This document shows positions 50,710 through 58,996 of a stretch of 64,000 nucleotides of DNA, piece after piece. Below the pieces are notes generated by a model, which worked only from the letters and a program-made list of their open reading frames with translations, was not told the origin of the DNA and made no database searches. Location: sequence record MK599315.1. One strand, given 5' to 3'. The translations under genes and the position numbers were made by a program. Numbering within the stretch: position 1 is the stretch's first letter; each line of letters begins with the position of its first letter.

Positions 50710-51345
50710 ATGAGCAACATCCCTTTCTACTGGACTGTAAAAACAACCGGTTTAACCGAATCCGAATTAATCAACACCGTACTTCGTCTTCATGAAGAAG
50801 TTGATAGTGTAAACGATACTATCATCGATGGTACTCTAGTAGACCTCGATGTATTGTTAGAAGTTAAAGGACAAGATGATCTAGTTGATGATGCTATCAT
50901 TGATTGGATCCGTGATAACTATAAAGCAGGCGATAACATCGTTCTGAAAGTAAAAACTAATCGATTTGTATTTGGTTGGTTTGCACAAGGTATTGTTGAT
51001 ATTGGAGCAATTCTCCAGAAATATGAACAAGTCCCTGACATGCCAATGGTATTCGATACCTTTAAGCTGAAAGATTACAATAAAGAGAAACCCCGTAAGA
51101 AAGGTTTCTTTGAACAGTTTAAAGAAAGTATAAATCCGTTGGTTGAACTAGCATATCAGAATAAAGGCTCTATTGCTGGAATTGCACTCGTTGCAGGTAG
51201 TGTACTCTTTGCAAAAAAGTTACAAGACGATCTGGTCAAAACCACAGAAGAAACCGTCCGTAAGACAATGCAAGAATTTGAACCACCGACCGTCGAAATC
51301 CATATCGATGAGTATGGTACATTTGAAGACGTTATTGTTGATTAA
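50710..51345 (+). CDS. hypothetical protein with one hydrophobic segment
   Basis: 211 aa; SIAGIALVAGSVLFA segment; structured 5' leader. Confidence 0.7.
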   Translation: MSNIPFYWTVKTTGLTESELINTVLRLHEEVDSVNDTIIDGTLVDLDVLLEVKGQDDLVDDAIIDWIRDNYKAGDNIVLKVKTNRFVFGWFAQGIVDIGAILQKYEQVPDMPMVFDTFKLKDYNKEKPRKKGFFEQFKESINPLVELAYQNKGSIAGIALVAGSVLFAKKLQDDLVKTTEETVRKTMQEFEPPTVEIHIDEYGTFEDVIVD

Positions 51346-51347
51346 GA

Positions 51348-51386
51348 CAGCATAGAGCAGCCTTCCATAGGCTGGGCTCTATGTCG
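51348..51386. terminator. bidirectional hairpin terminator
   Basis: catagagcagcct-tccat-aggctgggctctatg between convergent genes. Confidence 0.75.
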
Positions 51387-51899
51387 TTAAGAGAGACCAA
51401 GTGCGGCTTCTTCCTCACGTGCTTTCTTTTCAGCAACCGCGCGCATGCGTTCGTTGAACTCTTCAGATGTCTCGTTAATGACACCAATTTCACCTTCACC
51501 GGCGGCGTGTTCAAACTCACCAAGATCTTCATTATCGATATCTGGTTCTGAACCGCGGTTATCTTCACCAGGTACGGCAACGAACGGGTTCTTGTTCTTA
51601 GCTTGCCTAATGAACTCTGCCATCGATTCAACCAGATCACGTGCAGACTTATTACCTTCTGCTTCAATCTGTGTACGACGATTCTGGATAGTCGTGCGAT
51701 CCATCGAGTCCATAACTTTCAACATCGAATCAATAGATTCTTTGTCGGTTGGAATAGTACCATCCACACGGGAGGTCATTACACCATGAAGAATCCGATG
51801 CTTAACGTTTTGTGTAAGTTTTAGCTGGTCTTCATAAGAAAGCTCAGAGTACAAAACCTCTGGTTCTGTCGGAATAAATTCCGGGATCGGAGTTTCCAT
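51387..51899 (-). CDS. conserved hypothetical protein
   Basis: 170 aa acidic/helical ORF with SD GAGGT. Confidence 0.7.
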   Translation of the reverse strand: METPIPEFIPTEPEVLYSELSYEDQLKLTQNVKHRILHGVMTSRVDGTIPTDKESIDSMLKVMDSMDRTTIQNRRTQIEAEGNKSARDLVESMAEFIRQAKNKNPFVAVPGEDNRGSEPDIDNEDLGEFEHAAGEGEIGVINETSEEFNERMRAVAEKKAREEEAALGLS

Positions 51900-51974
51900 T
51901 TTACTACCTCACTGTTGAGAAATACTCAACGGAATAACAATATGCCATAAAATGCGGATTAGGGAGTTTTCTAT

Positions 51975-52517
51975 ATGATTAATACGCTACGCCGCTGGTT
52001 ACGGGTGTTCCAGCCAGTATCCAAAAAACAACTGTATTCAGCACTGCTTGATCAGTTTGAAGACGAGGGCGTGCGTCGTGATAATTATCCCATCATGCTT
52101 GCAGAATTATGGAATAGAATCGATGTCAAAGACTTCGGTGAAATTTCACCTAGAGACATGATGGCAGTAAACATGGAGCTGCGACATACTAACGTAACTT
52201 ATCTGATTGAACAGATGAATGTCATTAACACAATGGTATCCACCGGCGATCAAGCAGCTTTAGAACAAATTAGTAAGAATGAATTCACTCAATTCAGTAG
52301 AGTTAACTTAGATGAATACTTTGCTGATGCAAGAGGTTATTCTGTAGATATAGTCGACTCTTTAGAAAAGCTTAAGACGTATCTTGATAAACATGCAATG
52401 ATTCTTGAAACACAAACCGCGAGCTTCTATAGAAGAGTTTTAGGAAGAGTGTATCATGATATCCTCGTACTTACCCAAACGCTTGTTGATACCATGAAGG
52501 AAGAAACTATGAAATAA
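51975..52517 (+). CDS. conserved hypothetical protein
   Basis: 180 aa, SD GGGAG. Confidence 0.7.
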   Translation: MINTLRRWLRVFQPVSKKQLYSALLDQFEDEGVRRDNYPIMLAELWNRIDVKDFGEISPRDMMAVNMELRHTNVTYLIEQMNVINTMVSTGDQAALEQISKNEFTQFSRVNLDEYFADARGYSVDIVDSLEKLKTYLDKHAMILETQTASFYRRVLGRVYHDILVLTQTLVDTMKEETMK

Positions 52518-52570
52518 ATAGAGTTGCGAAACGAAACCTTCTCTTTAATCACCGTAGGTGTAAATGAAAA

Positions 52571-53326
52571 ATGGATTCTGTACAAGACCTTCTTTCCGAT
52601 CCCCTTAAGGGAACGTTGCGAGCATCCGATATCCCGTGTTATCTGTTTCGTGAAGTTCTATTGTGGCGTAAGATTAACCAACGTACATGGAACCGGCGGC
52701 AAGAAGCTTTCTTTGAGAAACCTTGGAATAAAAATAATCAAGACAAGGGTAACCTGAATAAAGCTCTTAAGTCAGACACGATGCAGTGGTCCGCTTTCAG
52801 AAAAGCAATTGACTTCCTGAACCCAGTCCACGCAACACTGGAGATTAAACTGACATGGCGTGACGATCGTGTTAGTTCGTATGTCATCACGATGGATCCC
52901 GAAGAACGGGAAGATGTTCTGACGACCAACAGTTTCCCTTGGCAGGATTGTAAGATATTCGAGAATGCTAAACCCGCAGGTACATTGATGGCGCATCTTT
53001 TCAGGCACGTTGTTGCAATGGAAGGGAAAGATAAACCAGATATTAAACTCTGGTGGGAGAAGCTTTTTGATGATTACACGAAGAATCCCGTTAATGTAGT
53101 TGGATTGACTCAGAAAGAAGTGAACCAAAATGTAAACACGTTACGACGTGCTCTGCTTGATCCGAGGGTATCTTTGAATAACTTCCGTCGTGGCATCCAT
53201 TTGCTACGCGCAGTTAAGGAAGAATATATTCTGACCCTCCGTTGGTCCGATGATCCAATTGTCCGTGAATCACTTCCGGACTCTGTTCACAAGATCACTA
53301 TAACTGACCCTGTAGTTGTGGAGTAA
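52571..53326 (+). CDS. hypothetical protein made of two tandem internal repeats
   Basis: 251 aa; duplicated LFR.V ... W ... N...L..AL ... FR..I..L ... L.W.DD pattern. Confidence 0.7.
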   Translation: MDSVQDLLSDPLKGTLRASDIPCYLFREVLLWRKINQRTWNRRQEAFFEKPWNKNNQDKGNLNKALKSDTMQWSAFRKAIDFLNPVHATLEIKLTWRDDRVSSYVITMDPEEREDVLTTNSFPWQDCKIFENAKPAGTLMAHLFRHVVAMEGKDKPDIKLWWEKLFDDYTKNPVNVVGLTQKEVNQNVNTLRRALLDPRVSLNNFRRGIHLLRAVKEEYILTLRWSDDPIVRESLPDSVHKITITDPVVVE

Positions 53327-53330
53327 GAGA

Positions 53331-53708
53331 ATGGATAACTGTATTGACCTGAGCTCTCCCCTTTGCCCTGATGTCCTTCAGTTCCATTCATCCGTGTTGA
53401 AACATACGGTTACCGGAACAGCTTTTTACAGCTGGAACGGTTTCCGTTTGTATCTTATTACAGGAAAGGTTCACCCCAAATATCTAGATGGTATCAACCT
53501 TGAAGAAGCTGGGGTGGAAAGTAGATACAAGTTCGTTCCAGATCTGTACGAAAAGATGGAGGAAACTCTTCGTGTGTGCATTGCCAAGTACCCCCTCCTA
53601 AAACTTAAACTTAATAAAAATACACAGATTGTGTGGCGTGCTCACGGTATTACCCCAGCTGAAGAAGAATGGGTTAATATCGTTAAACGTGTTGCTTCAA
53701 GTATGTAA
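53331..53708 (+). CDS. hypothetical protein
   Basis: 125 aa from an ATG 4 nt after the upstream stop. Confidence 0.65.
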   Translation: MDNCIDLSSPLCPDVLQFHSSVLKHTVTGTAFYSWNGFRLYLITGKVHPKYLDGINLEEAGVESRYKFVPDLYEKMEETLRVCIAKYPLLKLKLNKNTQIVWRAHGITPAEEEWVNIVKRVASSM

Positions 53709-53713
53709 AGTGA

Positions 53714-53753
53714 CTGCCTTGGGTTCTCCCTTCGGGGAGAGCCTAATGGCAAT
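53714..53753 (+). terminator. hairpin terminator
   Basis: gccttgggttctccc-ttcg-gggagagcctaatggc. Confidence 0.7.
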
Positions 53754-53789
53754 CATTGTATGACTCTTATTTTTTTTTGGTGAAATTCA

Positions 53790-54914
53790 ATGGTACAATT
53801 AGCGATCCCTTCATTTACTGGTTTACCAGATGCGGCTGTCAAAGAGGTTGATGCCTATACAGAACAAAGCGCTGAATTAAAAAATCAGCTAGCCTCTAAG
53901 GTAACAGCATTTGGTGTAGGTGCAGACGAACTCATTCAAAAATCACTTGGTGTTGTTAAAGGTATCGGTAACAAGATCCTTAACAACGGTATTGATCTCA
54001 ACATGGCTAGAACACGAATTGCGGATGCCCTAAAAGGGTCACGTAGTTCCATTGTAAGTCTAGCTACGGACGTTGAACGATCGATTATGGAAGAGTTAAC
54101 CGGAGAAGATACCGGTACAGGTTATGTTCGTAAAGCAACGGATATGATCGATGGCGTTAAAATGGTTCTCAACCAAAAGGATTATTATTTTAAAGATGGG
54201 AACTTTAGCGGAGTTAATAGTATTATTGGGTTCATGGGTGATCTGACTAATAACTCATTGCTCCGTGTATTCGATCTTGGTGCTGAAGCAGCACTGATGA
54301 AAGGGATTATCGAAGAGGTTACAGCTTGGGGTATACCCGATCTAGTTGATGAAACCTTTGGAGCCAAGTGGACGGATAACAAGTATGAATACGACTATGA
54401 TGATGATTTCAGATTCTCTGTTGTTAAGCGAGCTTCTGCTAGTATTAGCCCTAGTACTGATCTTGCCACAATCGAAAGGTTAATGCTGCATGGCGGTGTT
54501 TCAGCACTTATTGCTGAGAACCCAAATTTTCCTGCGCAGTTACTACAGAATTACGTGTTCCCTGAAGAATGTGTACCTGGTGGTCCTTTCCCTAAAATGA
54601 TTCCTGACCCGAATAATCCAACTGGACCTGAGATCCCAGATCCAACTGGTGCACAGGAACGTCCTAACTACGCCGACCAAATGGCTACTTTAGTACGCAT
54701 CCTTAATCAACTCAAACCAGATTGGTTCACTACTCGGCGCCAGGGTCAACCCGTGTGGAATCTTTACTTCCTAAGTCACGCTTCTGAAGATGCGACCACA
54801 TTGATTCTTAGTAGTGAAACTCATCGTGAAGCAATGTTGACAGCTCCGTTCTACAAGATGGAAAACCCAATAGAGCTGATCAAGTCGTTCTATCCTGATG
54901 CTGCTATTCAATAG
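53790..54914 (+). CDS. virion structural protein (phiKZ gp174-like)
   Basis: 374 aa; preceded by TATG (53759); synteny next to the protease. Confidence 0.65.
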   Translation: MVQLAIPSFTGLPDAAVKEVDAYTEQSAELKNQLASKVTAFGVGADELIQKSLGVVKGIGNKILNNGIDLNMARTRIADALKGSRSSIVSLATDVERSIMEELTGEDTGTGYVRKATDMIDGVKMVLNQKDYYFKDGNFSGVNSIIGFMGDLTNNSLLRVFDLGAEAALMKGIIEEVTAWGIPDLVDETFGAKWTDNKYEYDYDDDFRFSVVKRASASISPSTDLATIERLMLHGGVSALIAENPNFPAQLLQNYVFPEECVPGGPFPKMIPDPNNPTGPEIPDPTGAQERPNYADQMATLVRILNQLKPDWFTTRRQGQPVWNLYFLSHASEDATTLILSSETHREAMLTAPFYKMENPIELIKSFYPDAAIQ

Positions 54915-54954
54915 CGACATAAAGCCCTCCCTTTTGGGGAGGGCAATATGCCGT
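54915..54954 (+). terminator. hairpin terminator (CATA..TATG family)
   Basis: gacataaagccctccc-tttt-gggagggcaatatgccgtc. Confidence 0.85.
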
Positions 54955-54977
54955 CTTAATCTAACTTAATTGAGAAC

Positions 54978-54985
54978 TATATTAC
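54978..54985 (+). promoter_or_regulatory. phiKZ-type early promoter
   Basis: TATATTAC followed by AAACGTGA, similar to AAATGTGA after the 48032 copy. Confidence 0.7.
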
Positions 54986-55081
54986 AAACGTGAATTGGGT
55001 GAGATGTTCGAGCATCCCACCCAGTTTGCGATACGTCTGATTCGGTTAAACTCAGACTTTCTTCACATGGGATAGAAACCT

Positions 55082-55393
55082 ATGAAAAAATGGCCTTTCA
55101 TTAACGAGAACTTCCGAAGATTAGTAAGAATCTTCTCGGTAGATGAAGGGCGGGAATATTACCTTACACCTGAAGGTTTAGCACTGGATGATGTGAGTAA
55201 TACTCTCGCATATAATTCGGTAGATAAGTATAAACTTGCTTTAAATAAAGCTCGTAAACTTATAACCCAAGGTGTGTTCGGGAGATCAGTCTACCTGGAC
55301 GGTCAAGATGTAACAGAAGAACAGATCAATGGTAAACCACAGTTAGTCCGTTGGCCACCTGTTAATGAAGAAGCTTATGGCTTCGTAGCATAA
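55082..55393 (+). CDS. early hypothetical protein
   Basis: 103 aa single-gene unit between an early promoter and a terminator. Confidence 0.7.
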   Translation: MKKWPFINENFRRLVRIFSVDEGREYYLTPEGLALDDVSNTLAYNSVDKYKLALNKARKLITQGVFGRSVYLDGQDVTEEQINGKPQLVRWPPVNEEAYGFVA

Positions 55394-55394
55394 A

Positions 55395-55432
55395 GGCATA
55401 TCGCCCTCTCCTTCGGGAGAGGGCTTTATGTT
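55395..55432. terminator. bidirectional hairpin terminator
   Basis: ggcatatcgccctctcc-ttcg-ggagagggctttatg; core identical to the 49888 hairpin. Confidence 0.85.
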
Positions 55433-55441
55433 CCATTTTTT

Positions 55442-56275
55442 TTATCGCATGTAAGCAGGTACACGAATCGGCTTCTTACGCGACCAACCTAGTTGTTGAA
55501 TTAGATCAGTAACGTCTAGATTAGGATCAGATTCCATACCGATATTAGCACGCTTCTGTGCTTCATCCTGCATCTTCCAAAGGGTAGCAGGTGTGATGAT
55601 AACTTCGGTATCGGAGAAACTTTCCAAAGCAGGGGAGGTATATTTGTTAGCAATATAGATACCACCCTCACCGACGAAGTCCCAGGTGGAGATTTCCCGT
55701 GTATACTTAATACCACGCATTACGTCGTCCTGTGTGATAGAACGAACGGAACAATAGGTATTGATGCTTGGGTTATCCAAAGACTCTTTAAAAATGTGAC
55801 CAAACGGACCGTAAGGTTTAACCTCACCGACGACCATTTTAACAGTCTTACCATTTTCATTCTTACCGGGAACAATAGTCAATGCACGGATATGTGCACA
55901 AACCCGGTTATCGTCGATCATACGAATACGTTGCAGGTATTGACGATCATCCATCGGTTGACGAACAACACGACCATCAATCATCAGGTCTGTAAACGGT
56001 TCAGGGTGTTTGAACTCCATGAAGAGAACACCTTTCTTAAGGCGACGCATCAGGGAAGAGTTCGGATCAAACATCGCAACGCCACTGGCTTCGTCATAGA
56101 ACATACCAGCAGAGTTATGTGTACCATAGGCACCCAGAACTACAGTATAATAACCGTCCGCATTCGGCGCAAGAATTCCTTTTTTGTCCGTACCAGCTAA
56201 CATAGTGCAGCCAATACGTACCTGATTCTGCGGAGAATTTTGGACACCAAAAGAAGATTGTGCCAAAGGATGCAT
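55442..56275 (-). CDS. prohead protease (phiKZ gp175-like, T4 gp21 family)
   Basis: EFKHPEP (catalytic His) and TYCSVRS (catalytic Ser); I.TWDFVG; self-cleavage-type PALE site; synteny. Confidence 0.85.
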   Translation of the reverse strand: MHPLAQSSFGVQNSPQNQVRIGCTMLAGTDKKGILAPNADGYYTVVLGAYGTHNSAGMFYDEASGVAMFDPNSSLMRRLKKGVLFMEFKHPEPFTDLMIDGRVVRQPMDDRQYLQRIRMIDDNRVCAHIRALTIVPGKNENGKTVKMVVGEVKPYGPFGHIFKESLDNPSINTYCSVRSITQDDVMRGIKYTREISTWDFVGEGGIYIANKYTSPALESFSDTEVIITPATLWKMQDEAQKRANIGMESDPNLDVTDLIQQLGWSRKKPIRVPAYMR

Positions 56276-56290
56276 TTCTGCAACTCCGTG

Positions 56291-57013
56291 TTATGTCCTC
56301 AATAGCTCTTCAATCACTTCTACTTTCTCACTAGGGTTCACTAGTGCAGAGTTGATAGCGTCGCTGAAGTAAGCACCATTAAGTTTTGAGGTGGTATCTG
56401 AGGTGTTCCAAATAACCGATCGGAAAGGTACGGTTACTGGAGGTTTATTTTTAACATCATCATGCCGCGACAGAATGTGGCGGTATAGTCTTGTCATATC
56501 ATCCGGATCACGAGCGATGGTTGAAATGATAAGCTCGATAATCGAACGACCACCAATAAATGTATCTGCATGTTCTTTTGCAGTTTCGAACATTTTCGCC
56601 ATGTCATAATAGTTCATATACCAAGGGATGTTCCCTTTGGATACGAACTCGTCGTACATGTAATATGTTAGTGTGTCGTTGACCACAAGATGTGTCGAAT
56701 AGAAAACTTTATCACCTTTCTCGAAACTAAATTCGTAATAAGGTTCACTCTCTACAACAACACGCTCAGTAGAGTTTGGAAGAATGCGCATCATCGCGAT
56801 TGTATTATTAACCGCGTAAAACTCTTCATTCATGATGATAGGAAAGAATCCAAATATGAATACTTCACTACCTAATACAGCCAAGTTCTTAGCAGTAAAA
56901 CGTTCTGGAATTTGAATCTTACAGGGAAGGTTTGTAGCAATACCACCATCTTCCAATTCAATCAGATTTGCATTTACGCGTGCAGCATCACGTGTTAATT
57001 GCCTAACGTTCAT
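56291..57013 (-). CDS. phiKZ gp176-like protein; probable vRNAP beta' C-terminal fragment
   Basis: 240 aa; its end (VPFRSV...SDTTSKLNGAYFSDAINSAL......IEELL) loosely resembles the beta' C-terminus; synteny. Confidence 0.5.
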   Translation of the reverse strand: MNVRQLTRDAARVNANLIELEDGGIATNLPCKIQIPERFTAKNLAVLGSEVFIFGFFPIIMNEEFYAVNNTIAMMRILPNSTERVVVESEPYYEFSFEKGDKVFYSTHLVVNDTLTYYMYDEFVSKGNIPWYMNYYDMAKMFETAKEHADTFIGGRSIIELIISTIARDPDDMTRLYRHILSRHDDVKNKPPVTVPFRSVIWNTSDTTSKLNGAYFSDAINSALVNPSEKVEVIEELLRT

Positions 57014-57048
57014 ATAAGTCTCTTCTTAGAAAAAGGAAAGTTGACACA

Positions 57049-57074
57049 CTCCGGTACCCCGAAGGATACCGGAG
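57049..57074 (-). terminator. hairpin terminator
   Basis: ctccggt-a-cccc gaa gg-ataccggag, with a T-tract on the minus strand (aaaaaggaaag on +). Confidence 0.6.
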
Positions 57075-57082
57075 GTTATCAA

Positions 57083-58789
57083 TTATGCTTGTTCTTCTTC
57101 TTCAGTTTCGGACTCAGTTTCTTCTTCACTGGCTTCTTCCTGCTCTTCTTCGACTTCTTCAGTCTCAGATTCAGTAGGAGTTTCATCAGCGTAAGGATCT
57201 TCTTCGTCTTCTACTTCCGGAGTTTCAGCCAGGGGACCTTCACCTTCTACTGCATTACCGACAGCATCGGCAACTTCTTCACTAGTTGGTTCAGTGATTT
57301 CCTCTGGCACTTCTTCTGGTTCAGGAAGAGTTGCATTCGGATCAACATCAGGATTGAATGTTTCTACTTTGATCTGCTGTGCTTGGAAAATAGCAATCAG
57401 CGAAATCAGAGCTTGAGTATTCAATTCACGTAGTTCTGCACCGGGGAAGTTTTGGCCATATTCATCGATAGTATCGAGATACAGCTTATACATCGGTTCG
57501 GTGTAGTAAGTACGGCAGATAAGATTACTGAATACGCAGTATGGATTATCCAGATCTTCGCGCCGAACGAAACGCATGGCGGTAGCCAGTAGTTCACGTA
57601 CGTTACCGATATTCATTTCACGTAAAGGACCTTCACCACAGTGTGCGAGGAAGGTATCAATAACGTCCTGCCGACGACGGCTCTCAGCGTAGTCGAGTGC
57701 TGCTTGTTTGATTAGCGGATATGTAGCGGTCCAGCGTTTGATGTAATGATCAGCACGTGCGTCAATGCCTTGTGTATGTACGACATTACCGCCATCAATA
57801 GCTGCACCAAGCAGAGCTTCAACAGAACCACCTTTAACGAGCCAGCTCTCAGCAACGTCACCGTTAAGAGTAACAAGTACACGACGGTTTTCAACTGGGC
57901 GATGAGCTTCATAACGAAGTACAAGAGTATTAGACTCTCGCATTTCAAGACGATTCTCATACGCACGGATGATGTAGAAACCAAGCATCTCGTGGAGTAG
58001 ACGAACCGTTTGTTCCCATTCTTCCGATGTTACGGATTCACCAGGTACTTCTTGTGGGTTCTCGATGTAATGACCACAGATGAAATAAGCTAGAGTCAGT
58101 TCATCAAGATTAAACGGGAAAGCATTAGGATTGATAAAGCTCAGGTTAGAAACAGTCAAACCACGTGCAGTACCAAATAGTTCACTCCAAACGTTTTCTA
58201 CCCGTTGTGCCGGAATCTTAAGAGCCCATTCAGTAACTTGCTCTTGATCCAGGTGCGGGTTATTGATGGATACCATCTCGATGATGGTAGCAGCATCAAC
58301 CGGGCGAAGCATAAAGGTACGATATTCCGGTAGAGGACGCACTTTAGCATAGCGAGTTTGGATGTGGTTAACTAGACGAGGATCGTTATGAATCGGGTCG
58401 TAGTTGAAAGTGCTGACATCGCAATCCGCTTGAGAACTTACGTTCTGACGGGAGGCATAGTCAGTGGCCATTGCTTTAATAGCCGGAATGATAACGTTTT
58501 GAGTATTGAATTGAATCTTGGCAATAGCGGTATGCATATTGCTGATGATCGCTTCACGTTCTTCATTAACGTTCTCGGGTGCTTCAACGTTACTTTCGAC
58601 GAAATGAGCTTCAACGGAAGCAGCCAGTTCATCGGACATTGCAACTTTATTACCTTCGGTTTCACAGTTGAAACCATCAGCATATACAGCTAGAGGGAAC
58701 TCGGGGTTCGGAATTGTCAGAACACGTTCCTGTTCAGTGAATGCTTGAGCTGCATCGCGAACAGCGTCCAGAGTTTCGGGATTAAACAT
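57083..58789 (-). CDS. head-associated protein (phiKZ gp177-like) with acidic tail
   Basis: 568 aa; E-rich C-terminus; synteny between the protease block and the vRNAP genes. Confidence 0.65.
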   Translation of the reverse strand: MFNPETLDAVRDAAQAFTEQERVLTIPNPEFPLAVYADGFNCETEGNKVAMSDELAASVEAHFVESNVEAPENVNEEREAIISNMHTAIAKIQFNTQNVIIPAIKAMATDYASRQNVSSQADCDVSTFNYDPIHNDPRLVNHIQTRYAKVRPLPEYRTFMLRPVDAATIIEMVSINNPHLDQEQVTEWALKIPAQRVENVWSELFGTARGLTVSNLSFINPNAFPFNLDELTLAYFICGHYIENPQEVPGESVTSEEWEQTVRLLHEMLGFYIIRAYENRLEMRESNTLVLRYEAHRPVENRRVLVTLNGDVAESWLVKGGSVEALLGAAIDGGNVVHTQGIDARADHYIKRWTATYPLIKQAALDYAESRRRQDVIDTFLAHCGEGPLREMNIGNVRELLATAMRFVRREDLDNPYCVFSNLICRTYYTEPMYKLYLDTIDEYGQNFPGAELRELNTQALISLIAIFQAQQIKVETFNPDVDPNATLPEPEEVPEEITEPTSEEVADAVGNAVEGEGPLAETPEVEDEEDPYADETPTESETEEVEEEQEEASEEETESETEEEEQA

Positions 58790-58801
58790 GTTGACTCCTA
58801 A

Positions 58802-58996
58802 TTAACCGAGGAATTTGCACATACGGGCAACGATAGCTGCCTGAATATCTTCTTTGGTCAGATACTCACCTTCTAGAGTAGCTGCCGAGGTGTCACCGCC
58901 GATGGAGCGAAGCAAAGCTTCGGCTCCAAGTTCGGCAGCAGCAGTCAGAACAGCGATGTTCTGACTGAGTACTACGTTGTTACTTTGATTTTGCAT
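58802..58996 (-). CDS. small hypothetical protein
   Basis: 64 aa, SD GAGG, overlapping the end of the RNAP beta gene. Confidence 0.6.
   Translation of the reverse strand: MQNQSNNVVLSQNIAVLTAAAELGAEALLRSIGGDTSAATLEGEYLTKEDIQAAIVARMCKFLG

Noticed and set aside
53331-53708. Possible NADAR/YbiA-like domain
   Set aside because: Only a vague resemblance; the conserved NADAR residues could not be identified by eye.
54990-55066. Possible tRNA gene (GTTCGA motif)
   Set aside because: No canonical acceptor, D and anticodon arm arrangement or CCA end. Kept only as a structured-RNA candidate.
687-55432. Repeated hairpins as a CRISPR array
   Set aside because: They are dispersed one per intergenic region, not tandem with spacers, and no cas genes are present.
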